Part shown: piece after piece, positions 9,794 to 18,205 of the stretch | How positions within the stretch are numbered: the stretch's first letter is position 1 | Layout: each line of letters opens with the position of its first letter | Source of the DNA: a virus | Virus record (IMG/VR): IMGVR_UViG_3300035034_000989 | Span: 1-64,000 of that record | Direction: 5' to 3' (one strand) | DNA: 64,000 nucleotides | Made by a program: the position numbers and the translations under genes | Notes under the pieces: model-generated | Databases searched by the model: none | Told to the model about the DNA's origin: nothing | The model's input: the letters and a program-made list of their open reading frames with translations, nothing else

Positions 9794-10974
9794 TGAAACC
9801 GACTTGTGTAGTAGGGAACATAACAGAGTTACCATCTTCTTTTCTTTATCTGCTAGAAGATAACACGATAGACATACTTGCAACCGATAAGTCGAGCATC
9901 GATTTTTGCTATCATATGTACTTTGAGAAATTCGATACAGGATCATTCCAACGGTGCATAGCAATATACGGCCCGTCGTTTTCACGCCATGTGCATTTTG
10001 ATAACGAAGATAGTGAAGTAGTTACGCCTAATTCGAAGTATGCAGAATTGTTCTTTCTTGAGGATGGAAACAATATTTCGGACTTTGCCAACGAATGCTA
10101 TACGTTTAGGTTATTTTTAAATATGTATATGATTTGCCACGCCCGGGAAATAGAGTTGTGTGTAATAGACGGTAATGATATTGTTTCAGCAGACGAATTT
10201 GTAAAGCGCAAGCTTGATCGTTTCGGTGATGCTACGTACTTATGTGAGGGTAACGGTTTTAAACTCTGCGGATACCATAACAGTCACAACGAGTATCTTG
10301 AAAGAATACAAGGCAAGGATAACTTACTTATTGTAATAGGCGACAGCTGGGTAGTAGGTGACAACAGAGACACTGCTGAAGAATGGGTACCAGGACAATT
10401 AGCTAACAGTTTTGGGAATTTAGTCGCCACCCATTTTGATTCGGATATTGTGGTGTGTGGTTCTCCGGGCAATAGCAATCGAGGTGCAGTATTGAATTTT
10501 TGTATGTGGTATTTATTACACCCGGACTTTACAAACGAATACAAAGATGTTACTATAATATTTAGTAATACTGCTGAAAGCAGAGACTGTATTGCCTCTG
10601 GTAATGTAGGGAGTTGGGACTCCAATGAGTTACGTGCCGGATACATTGCCTTACAACGAAAAGATAAAATGCTACGAGATAGTGAGATTGCAATATCTAC
10701 TTTTTCGGCCTTTGTTGATCGCTTGCCGGTAAATTGCTATTACATGATTAATCATTCAGCAAGCGTAATGACCTCGGCGCTCAGTACACTAGACAAGGCC
10801 ATGATCATCCGACCGGTCGGTAATAAATTGATACATGATTACAATCATTATTTTAAGTTTGATTTGCATCCCACCGGCGCAAGAGTTGGGTATTTTTCGT
10901 CCTGTAGACATCCGAACGATCGTGGCAACAAGTATCTAGCACAAGAAGTAATCAAACATATAAAAGGATTTTAA
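9793..10974 (+). CDS. Protein with C-terminal SGNH hydrolase-like domain
   Basis: IGDSW, PG.SN and C-terminal CRHPN..G; paralogous to 5192..5920. Confidence 0.55.
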   Translation: MKPTCVVGNITELPSSFLYLLEDNTIDILATDKSSIDFCYHMYFEKFDTGSFQRCIAIYGPSFSRHVHFDNEDSEVVTPNSKYAELFFLEDGNNISDFANECYTFRLFLNMYMICHAREIELCVIDGNDIVSADEFVKRKLDRFGDATYLCEGNGFKLCGYHNSHNEYLERIQGKDNLLIVIGDSWVVGDNRDTAEEWVPGQLANSFGNLVATHFDSDIVVCGSPGNSNRGAVLNFCMWYLLHPDFTNEYKDVTIIFSNTAESRDCIASGNVGSWDSNELRAGYIALQRKDKMLRDSEIAISTFSAFVDRLPVNCYYMINHSASVMTSALSTLDKAMIIRPVGNKLIHDYNHYFKFDLHPTGARVGYFSSCRHPNDRGNKYLAQEVIKHIKGF

Positions 10975-10975
10975 A

Positions 10976-11380
10976 ATGCAAATGAAACACATGCAACAAA
11001 TATACCAAGTAACAACACGCGAACCATGCCAGCAACTGGATAAACTCAATCAGTACCTACTGTATAACTTCTCTGATCAGCTTGCTGAATTTGAAACATA
11101 TAAGACAGTAGACAATGGCACGTTTTGGTTCACAGCAACTGACAACGCAATGCAGTGTATCTCTGACGACTTCAGCCTGTTTGGCACGACAATAAATGCC
11201 ATGCGCGACAACATTGAAACGCTAGCAGTTGAGCAAGATTACATGAAAGACTATCAAACTCGAGTAATCAATCTTGAGAACAGTGTGAAGATGATGATGC
11301 AAGACAACCGAATATTGCAACACCGAGTACTTGAGCTCGAATCAATTAATACAAAAAAACAAACTGACGAAGATAAATAA
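10976..11380 (+). CDS. Hypothetical protein with C-terminal coiled coil
   Basis: ORF with SD AAGGA; heptad-like C-terminus. Confidence 0.55.
   Translation: MQMKHMQQIYQVTTREPCQQLDKLNQYLLYNFSDQLAEFETYKTVDNGTFWFTATDNAMQCISDDFSLFGTTINAMRDNIETLAVEQDYMKDYQTRVINLENSVKMMMQDNRILQHRVLELESINTKKQTDEDK
11372..11379 (+). promoter_or_regulatory. T4-late-like promoter upstream of folE
   Basis: GATAAATA (T4 gp55 consensus is TATAAATA). Confidence 0.6.
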
Positions 11381-11440
11381 TAGTGTGCTCGTGTTAGGAG
11401 AGTACATTATAATTTATGATAACCTGTAAGGAAACGGAAA

Positions 11441-12118
11441 ATGTCATTTCAAAAAACAAAAGTAGACGCCGCTTTAGGCCACAAAGTACAAGCACATTTA
11501 GAATCAATCGGACTACAGACTCCGACCACTGATTTGCTAGGTGCTGACGCATCTTCAAAGATTGCTAAGATTGAAAGTAGCCTAGTCGATGTGTGGGAAA
11601 CACTAGGTATGGATCTGTCAGATGATTCGTTAATGGATACACCCAAACGCATCGCCAAGATGATGGTGCTTGAAAACTATTGGGGTTTGCTCCCTGAGAA
11701 CTTTCCTAAGTGTACCACCATATCAAACAAAATGAAGTTCGACGAAATGGTACTCGAGCGTAACATCTCTGTAATGTCAAATTGCGAACATCACGGTGTA
11801 GTAATTGACGGTTATGCACATGTTGCGTATATACCGGGCGAAAAGGTCCTTGGCTTGTCCAAGCTTAACCGAGTAGTTGAATACTTCTCAAAGCGCCCAC
11901 AGGTACAAGAGCGTCTTACCGCACAGATTTATCATGCACTAAGCTTTATCTTAGAAACTGATAATGTTGCGGTAGTAGTTAACGCAGAGCATTACTGTGT
12001 CAAAAGTCGTGGTGTCGAAGACACTAACTCGCACACGTTTACATCTTACTTGGGCGGCGTGTTCAAAACTGATCCAGCCACACGTTCTGAGTACATGTCT
12101 TTGGTTCGCAGTACCTAA
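11441..12118 (+). CDS. folE: GTP cyclohydrolase I
   Basis: DTPKR, CEHH, GLSKLNR, PQVQERLT, H.C..RG. Confidence 0.97.
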   Translation: MSFQKTKVDAALGHKVQAHLESIGLQTPTTDLLGADASSKIAKIESSLVDVWETLGMDLSDDSLMDTPKRIAKMMVLENYWGLLPENFPKCTTISNKMKFDEMVLERNISVMSNCEHHGVVIDGYAHVAYIPGEKVLGLSKLNRVVEYFSKRPQVQERLTAQIYHALSFILETDNVAVVVNAEHYCVKSRGVEDTNSHTFTSYLGGVFKTDPATRSEYMSLVRST

Positions 12119-12330
12119 CTGGTGTTCAAGCGCAGGGTCAAGTTTAGCAACAGCGAATTACCACCTCGCATAAAAGTGAAAAGCGGTAATTCTCTTTGGT
12201 TGCTTGACCCTCACTTAAAACGTTGGTGTCTCCTTGGAAGGTTTACCACATGCAAGGCACTTAACAACAAACGCTATCAAACTAGGCTGAATGCTTACAA
12301 ATACGGATACATAGAGGTTTACAAGTCTTA

Positions 12331-12360
12331 TTGACATCACGCGCCGATCTGTTATATAAT
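12331..12360 (+). promoter_or_regulatory. Sigma70-type promoter
   Basis: TTGACA-N18-TATAAT. Confidence 0.7.
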
Positions 12361-12387
12361 ACGTAAAAGTATATCGGGTCGGCACAC

Positions 12388-12741
12388 ATGTTAAAATACA
12401 TCTTTATAACACACGTAAACTTCATCGAAAAGTCTACAGATGAATATGAAATTATATATCATTGTAACTATCACTGCCGTGTCGACGACCTACTCGAAAA
12501 TCTTACCATGTCGGAACTAGCAGACGATCCGCCATCACCCGAATGCAAAGAGCTTGCTAGCACAGTGCAGAAGTTAGGACTTGTCTCACGCTTTAACCCA
12601 GCAAAGAAATACAAAATGAGTATCATTGTTTTCGAAGACGATGAGCAAGACATGGTTAATGATTTGTTAAAGCAGATTGACGATCAATTTGGCCCCACTA
12701 TAAAGATGATTAGAAAAAGCGGAGACTCGTTTGATTTATGA
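12388..12741 (+). CDS. Hypothetical protein
   Basis: ORF directly downstream of a promoter; ATGA overlap with the next ORF. Confidence 0.55.
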   Translation: MLKYIFITHVNFIEKSTDEYEIIYHCNYHCRVDDLLENLTMSELADDPPSPECKELASTVQKLGLVSRFNPAKKYKMSIIVFEDDEQDMVNDLLKQIDDQFGPTIKMIRKSGDSFDL

Positions 12742-13049
12742 CCACCATTGATGATTTAGGCATACTTGTTTGGAATTCTCGTAATCGTTGCATAACGAGA
12801 TTCTCATATAGATACATCGGTCACGATTATTATGACGGTACACTGGAACAATGCATCGTTGATGTTCTTGACATCAACCAAGCCGACATCTATGGCATAG
12901 AAAAGAAAGCTGGCATGCGAACAGTGTATGTTCACCATCACATAACCTGCCACATCAAAATGAAAGAGCTACTCGATATATTAGCAGTAATGCTCAACCT
13001 ATCAATAAGTAAACGTAATAGAATTCCAGGTTGGAATTACGAAATCTAA
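12738..13049 (+). CDS. Hypothetical protein
   Basis: SD GGAG and ATGA coupling. Confidence 0.55.
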   Translation: MTTIDDLGILVWNSRNRCITRFSYRYIGHDYYDGTLEQCIVDVLDINQADIYGIEKKAGMRTVYVHHHITCHIKMKELLDILAVMLNLSISKRNRIPGWNYEI

Positions 13050-13072
13050 CATATACATAACAAAGGAATATT

Positions 13073-13543
13073 ATGTACTATTCAACTAAGAAATTTGGTG
13101 CTATATCTACAGGCCACAGACAATTCCGCGCCGCAGAATTAAGAGACAGCAGTCGATGTGCATGGGCACATGGTTACGGTCGCTATGTAGAGTTTACATT
13201 TGGTGCATCTGAACTAGACGCCCGTGGGTGGGTAGTTGACTTCGGCGGACTACGCTTTGTCAAAGCATTCCTCGACGAGCAGTGGGATCACCGCTTGCTA
13301 TTGAGTTCAGAGGATCCGTTGCTACCGCAGTTTTTAGAATTACAAGAACTAGGTGGATGCAACATTAATGTAATGGACGCAAGCAAAGGCTGGGGTCCTG
13401 GCATTGAGCAATCGTGTAGATTTGTCTACGACCATATTGCTCCTCGTATATTCAGCGACAGCGCCGGGCGATGTTCGGTGACCAAAGTTCAAATCTGGGA
13501 ACACGACAACAACAGTGCAATATTTGTACCGGACGACTTATGA
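13073..13543 (+). CDS. queD: 6-carboxy-5,6,7,8-tetrahydropterin synthase
   Basis: HRQ...CxxxHGY, GWVVDFG, WDH, IWEH. Confidence 0.9.
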   Translation: MYYSTKKFGAISTGHRQFRAAELRDSSRCAWAHGYGRYVEFTFGASELDARGWVVDFGGLRFVKAFLDEQWDHRLLLSSEDPLLPQFLELQELGGCNINVMDASKGWGPGIEQSCRFVYDHIAPRIFSDSAGRCSVTKVQIWEHDNNSAIFVPDDL

Positions 13544-13803
13544 TAGGTCAGTCTAAATTAATAAACACATTTACTGGTCAAATTGCCACCATTTCAGAAC
13601 TAGGAGTGGACAAGTTTGCGATTATACAATTGCAATGTCCTACTAGGTCTATATCGCAAGCACGATTAAATGAAGTCACCGGCGCATTAAAACAATTAAA
13701 CTCCCACTTAGGCGATCGTGTGATCATAGTGGGGCATGACGTTAACGTATACGAGTTAACTGGCGAGCAAGCTGTTATGCTACGTTTAGAAGGCACGATA
13801 TAG
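13540..13803 (+). CDS. Hypothetical protein
   Basis: ATGA overlap with the queD stop. Confidence 0.55.
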   Translation: MIGQSKLINTFTGQIATISELGVDKFAIIQLQCPTRSISQARLNEVTGALKQLNSHLGDRVIIVGHDVNVYELTGEQAVMLRLEGTI

Positions 13804-13826
13804 AATGATTGTCCCTATGAAAATGT

Positions 13827-13834
13827 CATAAATA
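13827..13834 (+). promoter_or_regulatory. T4-late-like promoter, likely leaderless transcript
   Basis: CATAAATA ends 5 nt before ATG 13840; no SD. Confidence 0.6.
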
Positions 13835-13839
13835 GTATT

Positions 13840-14808
13840 ATGGCAATCACATACTTAGCTTTATTCACATCAATCTCAATAGCGGCAGTGGCCGCTTGGT
13901 TTTCAATCGCCGGTTTAGTAACAATATTCTCGGCTTCGACTATAGCAATCGCAGTAATGGCAAGCGTACTTGAAGTTGGGAAATTGGTTACTGCTAGTTG
14001 GTTATATCGTAACTGGAAAGAAACAGGTATACTGTTAAGGTCCTATCTTACGGTTTCTGTTTTAATACTCATGTTTATCACAAGCATGGGAATATTTGGC
14101 TACCTGTCTAAAGCATACTTAGACCAAACTGCACCTGTTCAAAACAATGCGGCACTGGTTGCAAAGCTAGACAACAGGATTGCCAGAGAACAGCAAAAGA
14201 TAACCAGTTCAGAACGAATCATACAGCAATTAGATGCCGCTCTTGATACTCTTATAGAGTACGACAAGATAAGTGGACCTACCGGAATGCTTGCAGTGAG
14301 GCAAAGTCAGAGCACACAACGCGATAGCTTAAACGCCAACATTGATAATGCACAGGACACCATTGCAACATACGAAACAGAGAAGTTTAACTTAACCAGT
14401 CAGATACGTGCAATTGAACTTGAAGTTGGGCCGGTTATGTATATAGCAGAGCTATTCTACGACGATGCCGAAGCAAACATAGATCAAGCAGTTCGTCTTG
14501 TTATACTAATAATTGTATTGGTTTTCGATCCGCTTGCAGTACTACTATTAATTGCCGCCAACCAATCGTTAATGAGACAAAAAGCCAAAAATAAGTCCGG
14601 TCCTGTGAAAGAGATTGAGCCACCCCCGGCGCCCAAACCCAATTCAGCACCTAAGACTGTGCCAAAGGCCAAACCCGTTGCACCAAGTGGCCAACCTGAG
14701 CGACCTGTCAAGAAAGTGCCCATGAAGTCAGAAAGTGGTTTCGAGGCCAAGAAAACAGCTCCTACACGCAAGACAGAAGTAAATACTAACAACAACAAAT
14801 TGTCTTAA
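13840..14808 (+). CDS. Membrane-anchored coiled-coil protein
   Basis: Three N-terminal TM helices, long coiled coil, TM (FDPLA) and a Pro/Lys-rich tail. Confidence 0.7.
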   Translation: MAITYLALFTSISIAAVAAWFSIAGLVTIFSASTIAIAVMASVLEVGKLVTASWLYRNWKETGILLRSYLTVSVLILMFITSMGIFGYLSKAYLDQTAPVQNNAALVAKLDNRIAREQQKITSSERIIQQLDAALDTLIEYDKISGPTGMLAVRQSQSTQRDSLNANIDNAQDTIATYETEKFNLTSQIRAIELEVGPVMYIAELFYDDAEANIDQAVRLVILIIVLVFDPLAVLLLIAANQSLMRQKAKNKSGPVKEIEPPPAPKPNSAPKTVPKAKPVAPSGQPERPVKKVPMKSESGFEAKKTAPTRKTEVNTNNNKLS

Positions 14809-14824
14809 CAATAAGGGGATACCT

Positions 14825-16024
14825 TTGAACAAAGCCGAAGTAGTTTGCTCGTTTTGCGGCAAAAACGGAAGACAAGTTAAAAAACTGGTAGCGGCACCAC
14901 CTGATATTGTCCAACACAGCGCACACATCTGCGACAACTGTATTGATATGTGCAAGGACATTATTACAAAGCCGGTAATCAAAGATTTAGAAAACATAAC
15001 ACCTGCAACAATACGTGCAAAATTAGATCAGTACGTGATAGGACAAGACGATACCAAGATATCGATTAGTGTTGCAGTTTACAATCACATAAAGCGCATC
15101 AACAATCTAGCAACTGCAAAGTTCGAAAAGTCCAATGTGTTGATGATTGGTCCAACTGGCACAGGCAAGACACTAATTGCTAAAACAGTGGCACAAGCAG
15201 TTGGCGTACCATATGCAATTATTGATGCAACATCATTGACCGAGTCCGGGTATTCCGGAGAAGATGTCGAGTCTATTGTGTATGCCTTATGCGAAAATGC
15301 AGAGTGGGACTTAAAGAAAGCACAACACGGAATAGTGTTTGTTGACGAAGTAGATAAAATTGCAAAGAAAACCGATGGTGCCAACACAGCGGTACGAGAT
15401 GTTTCAGGAGCAGGCGTACAGCAAGCATTGCTCAAATTGGTAGAAGGCAAGATAATTACAATAGAATTACCAGGAACCAACAACCGAGTAGCGTTTGACA
15501 CATCGCAGGTACTGTTTATTGCAAGCGGTGCTTACGTTGGGTTAGACGATGTAATTAATGATAGGTTGAAAACACCTAAGATAGGGTTTAATTCTGATAC
15601 TGAAACTGCATTGGTTGCCAAGGACATAGAGAGCGATGATTTAGAACAGTATGGTATGATACCGGAGTTCATAGGACGCTTTCCGATTATTACGGTGCTA
15701 GAAGAATTGGATGAAGAGTTACTTTATCGTATACTTGTCGAGCCAGAAAATTCAATTGCATCGCAGTACCAAAGTATATTTGACCTCGAGGGCGTTAAGC
15801 TTAACTTCGATGATAAATACTTTAGGATATTAGCTAAAAGCGGTTACAAAAAGAAAACTGGTGCTAGAGGTCTTAGATCAGTAATCGAACGTGATTTAAA
15901 AACAGTGCAATATGATTTGCCTGATTTAGCAAATACCCAAGACGTGGTAGCGGTAAACGTAGATGCGACAGGAAATATAAAGTGCATCAAACGAGCCAAG
16001 ACCAAAAAAGTTATTAAAGAATAA
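14825..16024 (+). CDS. clpX: Clp protease ATPase subunit ClpX
   Basis: CSFCG..C..C zinc domain, GPTGTGKT, DEVDK, RDVSG.GVQQ, IGF loop, GARGLR; TTG start. Confidence 0.96.
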   Translation: MNKAEVVCSFCGKNGRQVKKLVAAPPDIVQHSAHICDNCIDMCKDIITKPVIKDLENITPATIRAKLDQYVIGQDDTKISISVAVYNHIKRINNLATAKFEKSNVLMIGPTGTGKTLIAKTVAQAVGVPYAIIDATSLTESGYSGEDVESIVYALCENAEWDLKKAQHGIVFVDEVDKIAKKTDGANTAVRDVSGAGVQQALLKLVEGKIITIELPGTNNRVAFDTSQVLFIASGAYVGLDDVINDRLKTPKIGFNSDTETALVAKDIESDDLEQYGMIPEFIGRFPIITVLEELDEELLYRILVEPENSIASQYQSIFDLEGVKLNFDDKYFRILAKSGYKKKTGARGLRSVIERDLKTVQYDLPDLANTQDVVAVNVDATGNIKCIKRAKTKKVIKE

Positions 16025-16035
16025 TAGCAACAAAC

Positions 16036-16102
16036 AGTGATTGCGTATTAGACGGGTCACTAACAGTACAATAACTTGCTTAATTAAAAGGAGTTTACAA
16101 TG
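16036..16102 (+). promoter_or_regulatory. Putative ROSE-like RNA thermometer
   Basis: UUGCU (16076-16080) can pair with SD AGGAG (16089-16093) with a bulged G; a second hairpin at 16036-16061 lies upstream of the hsp20 gene. Confidence 0.55.
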
Positions 16103-16537
16103 AGCAAATCAAACGAAAGAAGAATCAACCTGGATACCAATAATGCTTTTCTAGGATTCGATAAACTATTCACAGATGTTTTCAATCACAAGACCAGCAC
16201 CAACAACTATCCGCCGCACAATATCTACCGCACGTCACACGAAGATGCGCATTCCGATATGGTAATCGAAATTGCACTTGCAGGCATAAGCAAAGAAGAT
16301 ATTGATATCACTGTATCAAGTCAGGATACCCTTCGGGTTGTATACCAAGGCGAAGGAAACGAACCCAGTCGAGATTATGTACACAAAGGCATAGCCAAGA
16401 GAAAGTTTGAATTAGAATGGCGCATGAACAAGGACCTTGAAGTATCCAACGCACGATTCGACAACGGCATGCTGTACATTGACATCAAGAATTTATCCGG
16501 CACAACTGCATCGTCACAAAAGATCGACATTAATTAA
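16100..16537 (+). CDS. Small heat shock protein (IbpA/Hsp20 family)
   Basis: GFD.LF, NYPPHNI, IEIALAG, HKGIAKR.F, NGML.I and C-terminal I-x-I. Confidence 0.93.
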   Translation: MSKSNERRINLDTNNAFLGFDKLFTDVFNHKTSTNNYPPHNIYRTSHEDAHSDMVIEIALAGISKEDIDITVSSQDTLRVVYQGEGNEPSRDYVHKGIAKRKFELEWRMNKDLEVSNARFDNGMLYIDIKNLSGTTASSQKIDIN

Positions 16538-16576
16538 TTGACATCAAGAGATTACTGTAGTATTATACAGTAATCT
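16538..16576 (+). promoter_or_regulatory. Sigma70-type promoter overlapped by an inverted repeat
   Basis: TTGACA-N17-TATTAT; arms AGATTACTGTA/TACAGTAATCT followed by a T-run (possible hsp20 terminator). Confidence 0.65.
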
Positions 16577-16595
16577 TTTAACATCGAGGTATCCA

Positions 16596-16901
16596 ATGTC
16601 CGTTGCTACTACTACCATACAGCCTGTAACACAAACACAGCTAACAACAGCTAAACCGTGGGTGGTAATATTTCACAACGACAATGTGACAACATTCGAT
16701 TGCGTAATTGAAATATTAATGTTTATCATTGGTAAGTCTCAGGACGAGGCTTACCAAACCACGTTGCAAATTCACAAAAACGGTCTTGCAGTTGTTGCAC
16801 AGACCACCCAATCGATAGCAGAGACACTTAAAAGGGATTCTGAGGACTATGCGTTGAGCCAAAAATGTCCCTTGAAAGTAACAATAGAACGCGACATTTA
16901 G
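16596..16901 (+). CDS. clpS: N-degron adaptor ClpS
   Basis: V.FHND..T.F..V, IH..G.A, PLKVTIE. Confidence 0.88.
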   Translation: MSVATTTIQPVTQTQLTTAKPWVVIFHNDNVTTFDCVIEILMFIIGKSQDEAYQTTLQIHKNGLAVVAQTTQSIAETLKRDSEDYALSQKCPLKVTIERDI

Positions 16902-16908
16902 ATAAATA
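16901..16908 (+). promoter_or_regulatory. T4-late-like promoter, likely leaderless transcript
   Basis: GATAAATA ends 5 nt before the SOD ATG; no SD. Confidence 0.6.
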
Positions 16909-16913
16909 TTTTT

Positions 16914-17459
16914 ATGAAATACAGAGACTTAACAAACAAAGAATTAATTTTCGAAGCTGATAAAGCATGCAGGCAAGTTTCACTTCCTGTAGACGCAAAT
17001 TCACTCGAACCGGTGCTATCCAAGGAAACAATAGACGCTCATTACGGTACCCTACACCGTAACTATGTAGCTAAGGTGAACGATGGCTCCACCGACAAAT
17101 TCTTAATAGGTGGTGCAAATTTACATAACTTGTACTTCGAGCAATTTGTCGAACCCAGTACCAAAAAGCCCACCGACCGAATAAAGTTCTTAATTGAAGA
17201 TCGCTTCGGCAATTATGAAGATTTTAAAACACTGTTCAAAGACGCGGCACTGTCTATACAGGGCTCGGGATGGTGTTACCTCAGTAAAAAAGGAGAGATT
17301 AAAACTATCCAAAATCATGCAACACGACAGGATATTTGCATATTACTCGATATGTGGGAACATGCTTATTATCTGGACTACGGTCCAAACAAAAAGAAAT
17401 ACATTGATAATTCTTGGAAGATTATCAACTGGGATATTATCAATGGAAGGTTATCGTAA
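16914..17459 (+). CDS. Fe/Mn superoxide dismutase
   Basis: LEP..S.ET...HYG..H..YV, HNLY, GSGW, DMWEHAYY. Confidence 0.92.
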   Translation: MKYRDLTNKELIFEADKACRQVSLPVDANSLEPVLSKETIDAHYGTLHRNYVAKVNDGSTDKFLIGGANLHNLYFEQFVEPSTKKPTDRIKFLIEDRFGNYEDFKTLFKDAALSIQGSGWCYLSKKGEIKTIQNHATRQDICILLDMWEHAYYLDYGPNKKKYIDNSWKIINWDIINGRLS

Positions 17460-17487
17460 TCACACAACGCTGATATAAACACACACA

Positions 17488-17841
17488 ATGCGTAATATAT
17501 ATGTTCTAGACACGGAGAATGTTATGAGAACAAAACGTCATTGGGAAGAATGTAAATCACTACCGTCATATTTTGCCGCTCAACAAGTAGCACTGCAATT
17601 AAAAGAGCTAGCAAGAGACAAAGGCTACAACCCTAAGGGAATTAAAGTACTGTCCAAGGAACAGTCGTATACCAAGGGAAGAATATCAGACTCAGAAGTA
17701 CAATGGACCGAAGGACCAGACAATTGGGCAAACTACTGCCAGGTCATTGAGTTTCCAGGAGTCTGTGTTGAAGCACACAGTGATAATTCGATATCATTTT
17801 ATGATATTATAGAAATTAAGTCTAAAGGAATAGCCATATGA
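17488..17841 (+). CDS. Hypothetical protein
   Basis: ORF in the co-oriented gene run. Confidence 0.55.
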   Translation: MRNIYVLDTENVMRTKRHWEECKSLPSYFAAQQVALQLKELARDKGYNPKGIKVLSKEQSYTKGRISDSEVQWTEGPDNWANYCQVIEFPGVCVEAHSDNSISFYDIIEIKSKGIAI

Positions 17842-18164
17842 AAATAACTAATATTAAAAACCTTGGCAGTCCGTATCATGTACTAGACAGCCAAGGCAAC
17901 CAGGTCGATGTTATTATAGTTGAAAAGCAAGACTTCTTAGATGCTTTAGACTTTCCGAAATTTGATATAACCAAGCAATCCTACGTCGAATACTTTGCAG
18001 ATTGCCGAGCACGAGTAAGGGGCAACGATTTTAAATACAGCGAAATACTTTGGTACACCACGACATTTGAGCATTACGATTTGCATGATGTATTTGCACT
18101 TTGTTTATACAGTTGTTACAATTATGTCATTGTTGAATTAGCGTTGACAGAAGCAGTAGAGTAA
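17838..18164 (+). CDS. Hypothetical protein
   Basis: SD AAGGA, ATGA overlap. Confidence 0.55.
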   Translation: MKITNIKNLGSPYHVLDSQGNQVDVIIVEKQDFLDALDFPKFDITKQSYVEYFADCRARVRGNDFKYSEILWYTTTFEHYDLHDVFALCLYSCYNYVIVELALTEAVE

Positions 18165-18172
18165 TATATAAT
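18144..18172 (+). promoter_or_regulatory. Sigma70-type promoter (perfect consensus)
   Basis: TTGACA-N17-TATAAT upstream of the ligase. Confidence 0.85.
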
Positions 18173-18205
18173 GTGTGCTTGTTGAGATTAAGGAATTGAC
18201 AGGCA

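Noticed and set aside
15812-15819. Intragenic GATAAATA/TATAAATA boxes (15812, 40974, 55844)
   Set aside because: They lie inside coding sequence and are expected by chance in AT-rich DNA; not called without transcript data.
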